Shown here: positions 27,500 through 36,688 of the stretch, one piece after another
Layout: every line of letters begins with the position of its first letter
How positions within the stretch are numbered: position 1 is the stretch's first letter
IMG/VR virus record: IMGVR_UViG_3300045911_000181
Coordinates: 1-56,720 of that record
Strand: one strand, 5' to 3'
Origin: a virus
Taxonomy: Duplodnaviria > Caudoviricetes
Length of the DNA: 56,720 nt
Notes under the pieces: generated by a model
Seen by the model: only the letters and a program-made list of their open reading frames with translations
What the model was told of the DNA's origin: nothing
Database searches by the model: none
Translations under genes and position numbers: made by a program

Positions 27500-28744
27500 A
27501 TGACGAATTCCCCCGCTGTCAAAGAAACGATGCCCGCGATTGCGCTGGCTTACTACCAGATTCCCGATGTGAACTTCACTTCGCTCGAAGAGAAGATCGC
27601 CAAGCTGTCGCGCCGTTCCAAGCGCTTCGGTATGGGTGAGATCACCCTGAACGTCACCGGCGTGACGCCCCACGAATCCGGCAAGTACAATATGCTGACC
27701 GTCGAACTCAAGGGTGCTGAGCCGGTCGTCACCGGTTGGTACTTCGTCGCCAGCATCAGCCACGATCACGAAACCGGCAACATTATCCGCTACACGCCGC
27801 CCTTCACCGCTGCCAGCGTCGATGAGAAATACCGCACGACCGCCGCGATCTGCGAACACTGCAAGCTGAACCGTCAGCGCAAAGACACCTACGTCGTCCG
27901 CAATCAGAACACGAACGAAGAGCGTCAGGTGGGCCGCACGTGCCTTGGGGAATTCTTCAACGGTGCGAATCCCCACCACATCGCGGAGTACAGCGAAATG
28001 TTGGGCAACATCGGCATCCTGATGGACGAAGCGACCAACCCGCCCGTCGCCACTGGTTCGCTGATGCGCAAGCCGCTCTTCTACAGCCTGAAGAACCTCT
28101 TGACGATCGCCGCCGCTGTGATCCGCGTCACAGGCCGCTTCGTGTCGGGTGGTCAGGCTTACAATGACCGGAGTCTGACTTCGACCGCCAGCATCGTCAA
28201 GGACATCCTGTGGTACGGTGACGGCGAAATGAAGTATGCTCCGACCCCGGCGGACGAAGCGATGGCCGAAGCCGCGATTGAGTGGGGCGCGAATGTCGCC
28301 GCCGATGCCAGCAATGATTACCTCTGGAACGTCCGGGTGCTCTGCACTTCGGAAATGCTGACGACACAGCAGATCGGTCTGGCGGTGAGCATCGTGGGTG
28401 TCTACCTCCGGGAAAGCGCTCCGAAGCCCGCTGGCAACGCCTACGTCGGCACCAAGGGTGAACGGCTGACCTTCACCGGGACGCTGTTGGAAGTCCGCCC
28501 GACTCAGTTCTCCACGCTCTACAAGTTCGTGGATGACGCCGGGAACATCCTGAAGTGCTTCTCCAACTCCCTCGAAGTCGAAGTCGGTGCCAAGGGAATG
28601 TTCACCGGCACGGTGGTCGAACACAAGGAATGGAAGGGTGCCAAGGAAACGGTCCTGACCCGCATGATGGTGGGCGCGCCGAAGTCCAAGGCCGCGAAGC
28701 CGGTCAACACCAAGGAATTCGAGAATGTGGAAGTGCCCTTCTAA
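27500..28744 (+). CDS. conserved large-phage protein with Zn site and C-terminal OB-like domain
   Basis: CEHC...RKDTY...QVGRTCL; YVGTKGER...HKEWKG.KETVLTR; acidic-PF C-terminal tip. Confidence 0.7.
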   Translation: MTNSPAVKETMPAIALAYYQIPDVNFTSLEEKIAKLSRRSKRFGMGEITLNVTGVTPHESGKYNMLTVELKGAEPVVTGWYFVASISHDHETGNIIRYTPPFTAASVDEKYRTTAAICEHCKLNRQRKDTYVVRNQNTNEERQVGRTCLGEFFNGANPHHIAEYSEMLGNIGILMDEATNPPVATGSLMRKPLFYSLKNLLTIAAAVIRVTGRFVSGGQAYNDRSLTSTASIVKDILWYGDGEMKYAPTPADEAMAEAAIEWGANVAADASNDYLWNVRVLCTSEMLTTQQIGLAVSIVGVYLRESAPKPAGNAYVGTKGERLTFTGTLLEVRPTQFSTLYKFVDDAGNILKCFSNSLEVEVGAKGMFTGTVVEHKEWKGAKETVLTRMMVGAPKSKAAKPVNTKEFENVEVPF

Positions 28745-28784
28745 GGGGCACTTCGACATATGAATCGGATGGTATACTGATTTC

Positions 28785-29768
28785 GTGAGCACAGAATCGG
28801 TCGCGGTAATCATCGGGAGATTCCAAATCCCGTCAATGGATGATGAGTTCAAGAGCATGGTGCGCCGGGTGAAAGACAATCACCAGTTCACCATTCTTTT
28901 GCTGTCTACCAACCCGGTGCCCGGAAACCGAGAAGAGCCGCTGAGCTACGTCATGCGCCGCCTGATGATTCATGAAGCCTTCCCGGAACTGTTCATCGCA
29001 CCGCTCATGGACATGGCAAGCACGAAGAAATGGGTTTCCATGCTGGAAGGTAAGATCCGGGAATCCTTTCCGCTGATGTCCGCGCGGATCTATGCTGCCC
29101 CGGAAATCGTCGCCATGTACAAAGATGCCGGTGGCGTATTGCAGACGACGGAATTGGCCGGGCCAAACGTCACCCGCCTCTTGCCGGAAGTTCGGTTGAA
29201 AGTCATCAACACAACCGATTTTCGCAAAGGCGTGATTTACGCCGCGAACCACACCTACAAGAAAGTCATTTCGACTGTGGATGGTGCGATCATCCGGGGC
29301 AATGAAACTTTGCTAGGACGTAAACACAATGAAACCGCATGGCGGTTCATGGGCGGTTTCACCGAAGTCACCAGCGAATCTGATGAAGAGGATCTGAGCC
29401 GCGAAGCGATGGAAGAAATGCACCTGAAGATCCGGCCTGACGATTGGTACTATCTTGGCCGGGTCCGGGTGCTTGACTGGCGGTACCACAACAGTGGGGA
29501 TGTGATCCGTACCGGGTTTTATGTCACATTCGAGTTCGAAGGCACACCGGAAGCCGGTGATGATCTGGCGGATGTGCGGTGGGTGAGTTTGGATGCCACC
29601 CCGGATGAGATTCCGCTTGTCCCGGAACATCGCCATTTGTGGGACAGGCTTCAGGCGGCAAGGAATATGGTGTACGAACAGTACACGACGGCGAAACGTG
29701 CGGCGGAAGCCCGGCGGAAGCTGGCATCTGTCGTCACGGCAATACCAGACGAAGACGTACCATTCTGA
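28785..29768 (+). CDS. NadM-Nudix bifunctional protein with degenerate NMN adenylyltransferase domain
   Basis: IIGRFQ, PLSY..R, DFRKGVIYA, Nudix box GG.....E.......RE..EE, AGDDLA.VRW; HxGH absent. Confidence 0.8.
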   Translation: MSTESVAVIIGRFQIPSMDDEFKSMVRRVKDNHQFTILLLSTNPVPGNREEPLSYVMRRLMIHEAFPELFIAPLMDMASTKKWVSMLEGKIRESFPLMSARIYAAPEIVAMYKDAGGVLQTTELAGPNVTRLLPEVRLKVINTTDFRKGVIYAANHTYKKVISTVDGAIIRGNETLLGRKHNETAWRFMGGFTEVTSESDEEDLSREAMEEMHLKIRPDDWYYLGRVRVLDWRYHNSGDVIRTGFYVTFEFEGTPEAGDDLADVRWVSLDATPDEIPLVPEHRHLWDRLQAARNMVYEQYTTAKRAAEARRKLASVVTAIPDEDVPF

Positions 29769-29788
29769 AAGGACGGAAAGAAACACGC

Positions 29789-30914
29789 ATGATTTTACGA
29801 CGGACGGATTCCTACAAGGTAGGACACTTCGGTCAGTATCCACCGGGAACGAAGATGATTCATTCCTAACGGGTACCATTCCCGCATGAGCATCGTTTCG
29901 ACGTAGTTGGTCAACCACGGAACAGCCTCATCCGTGTTTTCGATGGTCATGGTGGCGTCGCTCAGCCGCTACTGTCGCGACATCATTCTCAAGTACCTGA
30001 TCGAAACCGGAACCCCGGAAGAGATTTGGTTCAAGCTGCACGACTTCGGCGCGCGCGGCGCATCGTCCACCGAAACCGCTGAGATCGGCGGGGCCGCACA
30101 CTTGGTCAATTTCAAAGGCACCGACACGCTCGAAGCCATTGACTTCCTGTTCCAGTGGTACGACGCGAACTTCGAAGACTACCCGGCATTCAGTGTGGCC
30201 GCGTCGGAACACAGCACGATGACCACGTGGGGACAGAAAGGCGAACGCGATGCCTACGCCAATATGCTGGAGAAGTATCCCACCGGCATCGTCAGCGTCG
30301 TCAGCGATTCGTGGGACATCTTCAACGCCGTGGACAAGATTTGGGGACAGGAACTCAAGGACAAGGTGCTGAACCGTAACGGACGTGTTGTGATCCGGCC
30401 CGACTCCGGGGAAGTCATCCCGACCCTGATTGCCATTTTCCGGTCGCTGGAAGCCCGCTACGGCATGGAAACGAACGCGAAGGGGTACAAGGTCCTCCCG
30501 CCGCAAATCCGCGTCCTGCAAGGCGACGGCATCACTTCACTGACCATCGAACCGATCCTTCAGGCACTCAAGGCCGAAGGCTGGTCCGCTGACAACATCG
30601 TGTTCGGCATGGGCGGCGGTCTTCTTCAGAAGGTGGATCGCGATACGATGTCGATGGCTCTGAAATGCTCCCGTGCTTTGATCGGCGATGAAGAGATCGA
30701 TGTCTTCAAGGCCGCACGCGGCAAGGGATCGAAGCGCGGACGGCTGGCGCTGATCGCCAACGGCGACAGTTTCAGCACGGTGCGCATCGGCGAAGCGGAA
30801 ATCCCCGGCAACGTCATCAAGCCCATCTTCCTTGACGGCGACAGTCTGAACAAGCCGTCGATCTATGACATCCGCAAGCGTTCCACCCCGGCGCTACTTC
30901 GGGAAGCCGCGTGA
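29789..30914 (+). pseudogene. nadV: nicotinamide phosphoribosyltransferase (NAMPT/NadV) disrupted by inversion plus deletion
   Basis: TDSYK.GH..QYP at 29789-29869; the reverse strand of 29870-29950 encodes TIENTD..PWLTNYVET....WYP; then LHDFGARG, GGAAHLVNFKGTD, ASEHS, SVVSDS, IRPDSG, QGDG, FGMGG. Confidence 0.85.
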
Positions 30915-31093
30915 ACAAGCGGGTCGTCGTCGGAGAGATTGCGGGTCTGTCGTGGGTCTGTGCGGATGCGGCATGGGCCATCGGTGGATCATCTGAAGAT
31001 CGACAACACCGTTCTCATGACAGGGTTGTTTCTGACCGCGATTGTCTTCGGGGCCATCTTCGTCTACATGCAACTGAAGGACAAATCAAGTTG
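30911..31093 (+). pseudogene. frameshifted small membrane protein
   Basis: After ...AAWAIG another frame gives DHLKIDNTVLMTGLFLTAIVFGAIFVYMQLKDKSS*. Confidence 0.45.
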
Positions 31094-31570
31094 AGAAACA
31101 AACTCATCGATGTCGTTCGATTCGTGCGGCACTGCTTACCAAAGCGGTGCCGTCCGTTTTTTCAATGGATCGTATACCGGCTCCGTCGTCTTCATGAGAT
31201 TCGGTGCTACGGACTGGAACCCGGCTACCATGACGCCCGCGAACGTATATTGTACGGGTCGTTCGCGGCGCTGGTCGATTTCGTCGAACACGATTGCGCA
31301 TGGGAACATCAGCGGTCGGAAAATATGCCCGGTCGCCGGTCGGCAAAAGACGGATTGATCTATCTGGATTGGTGTGCCGGTCTGATGAATGATGGACCGC
31401 CGCATCAAGTTGAATGTGGCCGTATTGCCAAAGAACTGTACCTATGGTGGACCGTCACCCGCCCGGCCCGGCCTGATATCGAAACGGCGGAACAGGAAGT
31501 CGCTTACGACATGGAAGACGAAGCGATGTTGAATCGACTGATGAGTATCCGCATGGATCTATGGACTTGA
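31091..31570 (+). CDS. hypothetical protein
   Basis: GYHD..ERILY..F..LVDFVE...ELYLWW...RP...L..IR..LWT; probable TTG start overlapping the upstream TGA. Confidence 0.65.
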   Translation: MRNKLIDVVRFVRHCLPKRCRPFFQWIVYRLRRLHEIRCYGLEPGYHDARERILYGSFAALVDFVEHDCAWEHQRSENMPGRRSAKDGLIYLDWCAGLMNDGPPHQVECGRIAKELYLWWTVTRPARPDIETAEQEVAYDMEDEAMLNRLMSIRMDLWT

Positions 31571-31588
31571 GTGGTGTCTAACTAGTTT

Positions 31589-31828
31589 GTGATGTCGCAC
31601 AACCTAGAGCAAGAAATCGATTCCACACTCAAGAATTTCAAATTCCACATCGGTACGGTGGACTTCCAAGACGGGGCCGGTTATCAAGTAGTTGTATACT
31701 TGGCCGAAAAGAATCTGGCATTGTGTTTGTCGCCGGAAGGTGCGCGCGACATGGCCTATGCGCTGACGCGCTGTGCGGATGAATTGCAGCCGCCGATGAT
31801 TGAACTGGATGATACGGACGTGGACTGA
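31589..31828 (+). CDS. hypothetical protein
   Basis: 79-aa ORF coupled to the Nudix gene. Confidence 0.6.
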   Translation: MMSHNLEQEIDSTLKNFKFHIGTVDFQDGAGYQVVVYLAEKNLALCLSPEGARDMAYALTRCADELQPPMIELDDTDVD

Positions 31829-32301
31829 TGCCGTCTTTCAGCACCATTACGAAACAGCCGAATGAAGCCGCTGGCGTTCTTCCCATTTGCGTGAAGACAC
31901 AGCGGATGTGTTTTCTTTGGCGCGCGCCGGGATCTGACTTTGGAAACGTTTGGGGACTGCCCGGCGGCGGTATGGATGAGGGTGAGACACCGGAGCAATC
32001 AGCGCGCCGGGAGTTGGTCGAAGAGACGGGCTACGAAGGGCCGGTCAAACTGATCCCTTCTTACGTCTACGAATCCGAAAAACTCATCTTTCACAACTTC
32101 ATTGGATTGGTGCCAGAAGAATTCTCGTTTCATCCAAAGGACTTCGAGTTCGCGCAAGAACACACGCGAATGGAGTGGATGTCATGGATTCAGTTCTGTG
32201 CCCGGCTGGACGCGAACATCAAGAACTTCCATCCCGGCATCGTTGAGTTCTTCTTCCATCATCAGGACGACATCAAGAAGCACATCCGTTATCAAGGTTG
32301 A
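31828..32301 (+). CDS. Nudix hydrolase
   Basis: WGLPGGGMDEGETPEQSARRELVEETG. Confidence 0.92.
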   Translation: MPSFSTITKQPNEAAGVLPICVKTQRMCFLWRAPGSDFGNVWGLPGGGMDEGETPEQSARRELVEETGYEGPVKLIPSYVYESEKLIFHNFIGLVPEEFSFHPKDFEFAQEHTRMEWMSWIQFCARLDANIKNFHPGIVEFFFHHQDDIKKHIRYQG

Positions 32302-32327
32302 CATATAGGTGACGGGTGTGTCATCAT
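32298..32327 (+). promoter_or_regulatory. early promoter (weak -10)
   Basis: TTGACATATAGGT motif; possible TGtCATCAT -10. Confidence 0.55.
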
Positions 32328-32336
32328 GGTAGTTCT

Positions 32337-32585
32337 ATGAAGGAATTCTGGCTCAATGGGCGCAAAGTCGCCTTTACCACGTCGTATACACCCGGCTTCG
32401 GATTCGCCAAGGTCGGAGACGTACAAGTCATGGAAGAGCATTCCATTGGCGTTGGTGATGATGATCCGCCCACTGCGATCCGATATAAACACACGGCGTC
32501 GTTCATCATCATGGGCGATGCTGTTTCGTATTTGCGCGGGAAGTATCCGGCGGCGGATGAACGGCTGGCGGGAAAGGCCGCGTAA
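32337..32585 (+). CDS. hypothetical protein
   Basis: MKEFWLNG... downstream of the promoter; coupled by TAATG. Confidence 0.6.
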   Translation: MKEFWLNGRKVAFTTSYTPGFGFAKVGDVQVMEEHSIGVGDDDPPTAIRYKHTASFIIMGDAVSYLRGKYPAADERLAGKAA

Positions 32586-32761
32586 TGGCGAAACGGCTGG
32601 AAGAGCAGTTAGCTATTTGTGAGCGGGACATGTCCCGGCTCTTGTCAATGGAAGATCGCCGGTGGGTGCGGACCACGTTCGCGCTCATTGACGGAAAGAT
32701 CACGTCGCTGAAGAAAAGAATCGCGGCGCGGGAGAGAAGGAAACATGGCAAAGTCGCGTAG
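32585..32761 (+). CDS. small basic helical protein (58 aa)
   Basis: MAKRLEEQLAIC... fills the gap between coupled genes. Confidence 0.5.
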   Translation: MAKRLEEQLAICERDMSRLLSMEDRRWVRTTFALIDGKITSLKKRIAARERRKHGKVA

Positions 32762-33410
32762 CCAGTCGAACGGCAAGCTGATCGATACATGGTGGTACGA
32801 ATACAGCGGCATCCCGGCACATCAAAGCGACGACCCGGAAGCGGAACCTGAAGTCAAGCCGATCAAGGTTCCGATCAAGGTCTACATCCTCAAGAAGTTC
32901 AAAGGGGACACGCCGCCGCTGGCGACGAAGGAAGTCTGGTTCGAAGTGACGTGTGAGAACCCGGAGTTCTCTTTCACCGGCCCGGACATCGAATCGCTCC
33001 GGGCGACGATGTGGGGCGAACTGGACGATCACTATAAGGTCGGGTGGGAAGAGTACTACCTTGTCAGTATCGATCACCGCGCGCCCTATGAAGGCATGGG
33101 GACTGGACTGTCGTTCGGTTATGAGACGGTGTGGAAGGGCACCGCGTTCGACGGCACCCTGTTGCTGAAGCAATATCGCTACGGTCGTGGAGAAGTGATT
33201 GAACCGTGGCCGGGTGAGTTCAAAGACAAACGGGGAAATGTGACAGCATGCATTCCGGCGAACAAGGTCAACCGGGCGGCGCTCGAAGAGTTCACGAAGC
33301 GGATTGACATTCTCCGGGAGAAGCTGGTCGATCTGGTCCGCCCGGAGAAAATCGACCAGACGTTGCTAACGCTGTCCACCAACAAGCTGTTGCCGTCCGG
33401 CGACGACTAG
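32745..33410 (+). CDS. hypothetical protein
   Basis: 221-aa ORF with AGGA RBS. Confidence 0.7.
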   Translation: MAKSRSQSNGKLIDTWWYEYSGIPAHQSDDPEAEPEVKPIKVPIKVYILKKFKGDTPPLATKEVWFEVTCENPEFSFTGPDIESLRATMWGELDDHYKVGWEEYYLVSIDHRAPYEGMGTGLSFGYETVWKGTAFDGTLLLKQYRYGRGEVIEPWPGEFKDKRGNVTACIPANKVNRAALEEFTKRIDILREKLVDLVRPEKIDQTLLTLSTNKLLPSGDD

Positions 33411-33955
33411 GCCGGAAGCGTTCCAATCTCACTCCAAACAGCGGCATATTCCATTGAGATTTTGCCTTCTTTGATGGAATTCATGATGTGAATGGTCGCT
33501 TCGGGGTTGTTTTTGTGATAGACAGCAACCCCGCCCGCGCGCGACCATTCACGCACGTTGTTTTGATTGTCGTCGATCAGGATGTTCCGCGTTCCGTCCA
33601 GATTGCGGGCGAAGTGGAATTTGTCTTCCCGCATACAGACTTTGACCTTCCAGTCAGGAATTTGCAATTCCCGCCGGACCCATTCGAGTTTGCCGATGAT
33701 AGTGGATTGCATGACCTCTTTGTTGTAGGCGCTTAAGATCCACGGATTCATCGAACTGATCGCGTCCCACAGTTCTTTCCCGCCGGGTTGCCATTCCATG
33801 TGCGCCCAAAAATCGGTGTCGTATTCGATCATCTTCCAGTGGTGGTCTTCAATGTCGTACCATCCCGAACCGTCCGGTTTGAACCCCCACTTGTCGCATG
33901 CTCGTTTATCGAAGTAGCAAAGCACTCCGTCCATGTCGCAGTAAATTCGTGTCAT
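33407..33955 (-). CDS. HAD-family 5'(3')-deoxyribonucleotidase
   Basis: IYCDMDGVL, ILS, GK..W, ILIDD, W..AGG. Confidence 0.88.
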   Translation of the reverse strand: MTRIYCDMDGVLCYFDKRACDKWGFKPDGSGWYDIEDHHWKMIEYDTDFWAHMEWQPGGKELWDAISSMNPWILSAYNKEVMQSTIIGKLEWVRRELQIPDWKVKVCMREDKFHFARNLDGTRNILIDDNQNNVREWSRAGGVAVYHKNNPEATIHIMNSIKEGKISMEYAAVWSEIGTLPA

Positions 33956-34000
33956 CTGTTTCTAGTTTATGAGTGGTCAGGCTCACGGTAAATTGGAAAC

Positions 34001-36589
34001 GTGCAACCTTTCTATACATGGGTCGGACGGCATCGCGACGAAATTTTGGTGCGGGAAGTGAGGGATGGAGAGCGAAAGAATTTTCGAGTCAACCACAAGC
34101 CAACGCTCTATACACCCGCCCCGCCCGGCGAACCTTACGAACTGACCACGCTGGAAGGTCGCGGCGTCGTCCCTCTTCATTTTGACTCCATGAGTGCCGC
34201 CCGGCGACACATTCAGGAGTCAACGGGCGTTGATGGATACACGTTGTACGGCAACGACATGTATCAGTATGTTCACATCGCCGAAAACTATCCCGGTCAT
34301 GTTGAATACGATCCAAAACAGATCGTCATCGCCAACGTCGATATCGAAGTCGGGGCAAAGAATGGATTCCTGTCGGCTCTGAACACCGTGGATACACCGG
34401 AAGAAGTGACGGCTATCGTGTTGAAGCTGTCCAATGAGAACAAGTTCCGGGTGTTTGGTGTGAAAGAATTCATGCCGACCGAAGAGATCAATTACATTCA
34501 ATGTGATGACGAAGGCGACTTGCTCGAACAGTTCTTGGCCGCGTGGATTGAAACCTACCCGGACGGCATGACCGGCTGGAACATCACCGGCTACGATATC
34601 CCTTATCTGGTAAACCGGATCACCAAGCGACTCGATAAGAAACGCGCCGCCAAGCTGTCGCCTTTCGGTCAGATCCGTCAGATCACGTTGCGCCGGTTTG
34701 ATTCGGAGTACATCAGCTATTCCATCGCCGGTGTGAACAACCTTGACTACCGGGAACTGTATCGGAAGAATGTGCTGGAACCGCTGGAATCCTACCGGCT
34801 GGACTACGTGGCGGAAATTGAGTTGGGCGAACGCAAACTCGACTACTCCGAATACCGCAACCTGTGGCAGATGTACCAGAAGAACCACCAGAAGTTCATC
34901 GAATACAACGTGCATGACGTTCGCTTGGTGGATCGGCTGGAAGCGAAGAAGCGCATCATCGATCTGCAAATGCTGGTCGCCTATCGCTCGAAGGTCAACA
35001 TGGAAGACGTGATGAGCCAAGTCCGTACATGGGATGCTGCCATCTACAACCACCTTCGCGACAGGAACATTGTGGTGCCCTTCCGGGAAGTGGACGACAA
35101 GGATACACAGTACGAAGGGGCCTTCGTCAAAGAGCCGGTGCCCAAGCTGTACAAGTGGGTGGTCAGCTTCGACGTGAACTCCCTGTACCCGTCGTTGATC
35201 GCGGCATTGAACATCGGTGTCGAAACCAAGATTGACCGGGACATGTGGGAACCCGCGCAACGGAAAATCGTGGACAGCATGAACGCGCATCGCATGTTGC
35301 AAGGCCCGCCGGATTGGTCATTGTTCGAAGGATTGAACATTTCGATGGGATCGAACGGGGCGACCTATGACAAGGGCAAGAACTCCATTTTCACCACGAT
35401 GATTATTGAGTTGCTTGCGGCCCGTAAGGAATTCCGCAAGATCGCCGAATCGTCGGAAAAGGAACTCGAAGAGATCAAGCGCAAGCTGAAAGAGACGCCG
35501 GACGACCCGGAGTTGAAGCGGCGCTACACCGAACTGGACTACACGAAGAGTGAGTTCGACTTGAAACAGAAGATGACGAAGGTCCTGAACAACAGTCTCT
35601 ATGGATGTGTGGGAAACGAGTTTTTCCGGTTCTATGACACGGAGAACGCGGAAGCCATCACGGTCACCGGTCAGTTCGTGATTCAGTACGTGGAGCAGTC
35701 GTTGAATCGCTTCCTGAACAAGAGTTTCGGGACGGTGGATTTCAACTATGTCATCGCGGCGGACACGGACTCGAATTACATCAACCTTGAACCGATGGTC
35801 CAAAAGTATCTTCCGAATGAGAAGGACCCGAAGAAGATCGTTGACTACATTGACAAGGTTTGCAAGAAGATCATCGAACCGGAGATTGACCGGATCTTCG
35901 CGGAGATCCGCGACGTGTTCATCCACGGAAACGGCAACTACCTTGCCATGAAGAGGGAAGTCATCGCGGAGAAGGGCATCTGGACGAAGAAGAAGCGCTA
36001 TGTGCTGTCCATTTGGGACAAGGAAGGCATTCGGTACGACAAGCCCAAGCTGAAGTACACCGGACTGGAAATGAAGCGGTCGGACACGCCGAAGACGTGC
36101 CGGATCGCGATGATGAAGTGCTGTGAGTACATCATGCATGGGACGCAAGAGGAACTGTATGAGTACGTTCAGAAGTACTATCAGGAGTTCATGTCATTGC
36201 CGATTGAGGATATTGCAAAGCCCAAAGGCGTGAAAGAATTCAAAGAGAAGTACATGGACCCGCGCTCAGTGACGGCCCACGGTTGTCCGCAACATGTCCG
36301 CGCGGCACTGTGGCACAACCACTTGATTCAGGAAAAGGGACTGGAATCCATCTACCCGCCGATCCTCGAAGGGGACAAGATCAAGTTGGCCTATCTCAAG
36401 ATGCCCAATCCCACGGATCAGAATGTGATTGGGTTCGTTGGTAATCTCCCGCCCGAATTCGGGCTGGACAAGTATGTGGATCGGGAAGCCTTGTATGAGA
36501 AGAATTTCCTTGAACCCATGTCCCGGATCGCGGACGCGGCGGAATGGAAATTGGTCAAAAAAGCCAATATAGCTGACCTTTTTTCGTAG
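34001..36589 (+). CDS. 43: family B DNA polymerase gp43
   Basis: Exo DIEV, GWN...YDIPY, YN..DV; Pol SFDVNSLYPS, K...NSLYG, DTDS, KKRY. Confidence 0.98.
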   Translation: MQPFYTWVGRHRDEILVREVRDGERKNFRVNHKPTLYTPAPPGEPYELTTLEGRGVVPLHFDSMSAARRHIQESTGVDGYTLYGNDMYQYVHIAENYPGHVEYDPKQIVIANVDIEVGAKNGFLSALNTVDTPEEVTAIVLKLSNENKFRVFGVKEFMPTEEINYIQCDDEGDLLEQFLAAWIETYPDGMTGWNITGYDIPYLVNRITKRLDKKRAAKLSPFGQIRQITLRRFDSEYISYSIAGVNNLDYRELYRKNVLEPLESYRLDYVAEIELGERKLDYSEYRNLWQMYQKNHQKFIEYNVHDVRLVDRLEAKKRIIDLQMLVAYRSKVNMEDVMSQVRTWDAAIYNHLRDRNIVVPFREVDDKDTQYEGAFVKEPVPKLYKWVVSFDVNSLYPSLIAALNIGVETKIDRDMWEPAQRKIVDSMNAHRMLQGPPDWSLFEGLNISMGSNGATYDKGKNSIFTTMIIELLAARKEFRKIAESSEKELEEIKRKLKETPDDPELKRRYTELDYTKSEFDLKQKMTKVLNNSLYGCVGNEFFRFYDTENAEAITVTGQFVIQYVEQSLNRFLNKSFGTVDFNYVIAADTDSNYINLEPMVQKYLPNEKDPKKIVDYIDKVCKKIIEPEIDRIFAEIRDVFIHGNGNYLAMKREVIAEKGIWTKKKRYVLSIWDKEGIRYDKPKLKYTGLEMKRSDTPKTCRIAMMKCCEYIMHGTQEELYEYVQKYYQEFMSLPIEDIAKPKGVKEFKEKYMDPRSVTAHGCPQHVRAALWHNHLIQEKGLESIYPPILEGDKIKLAYLKMPNPTDQNVIGFVGNLPPEFGLDKYVDREALYEKNFLEPMSRIADAAEWKLVKKANIADLFS

Positions 36590-36688
36590 GGCGGTTATAT
36601 AGCGACCCGCTGATTTTTGAGGGTTCGGATGCTAAATGATTCCGAATTCCGATCAGCCGATTCAAGGCTACACTAGGAGACAAATCAC

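Noticed and set aside
29867-29950. Programmed invertible switch in NAMPT
   Set aside because: No flanking inverted repeats, no recombinase in the window, and re-inversion would not restore the deleted part
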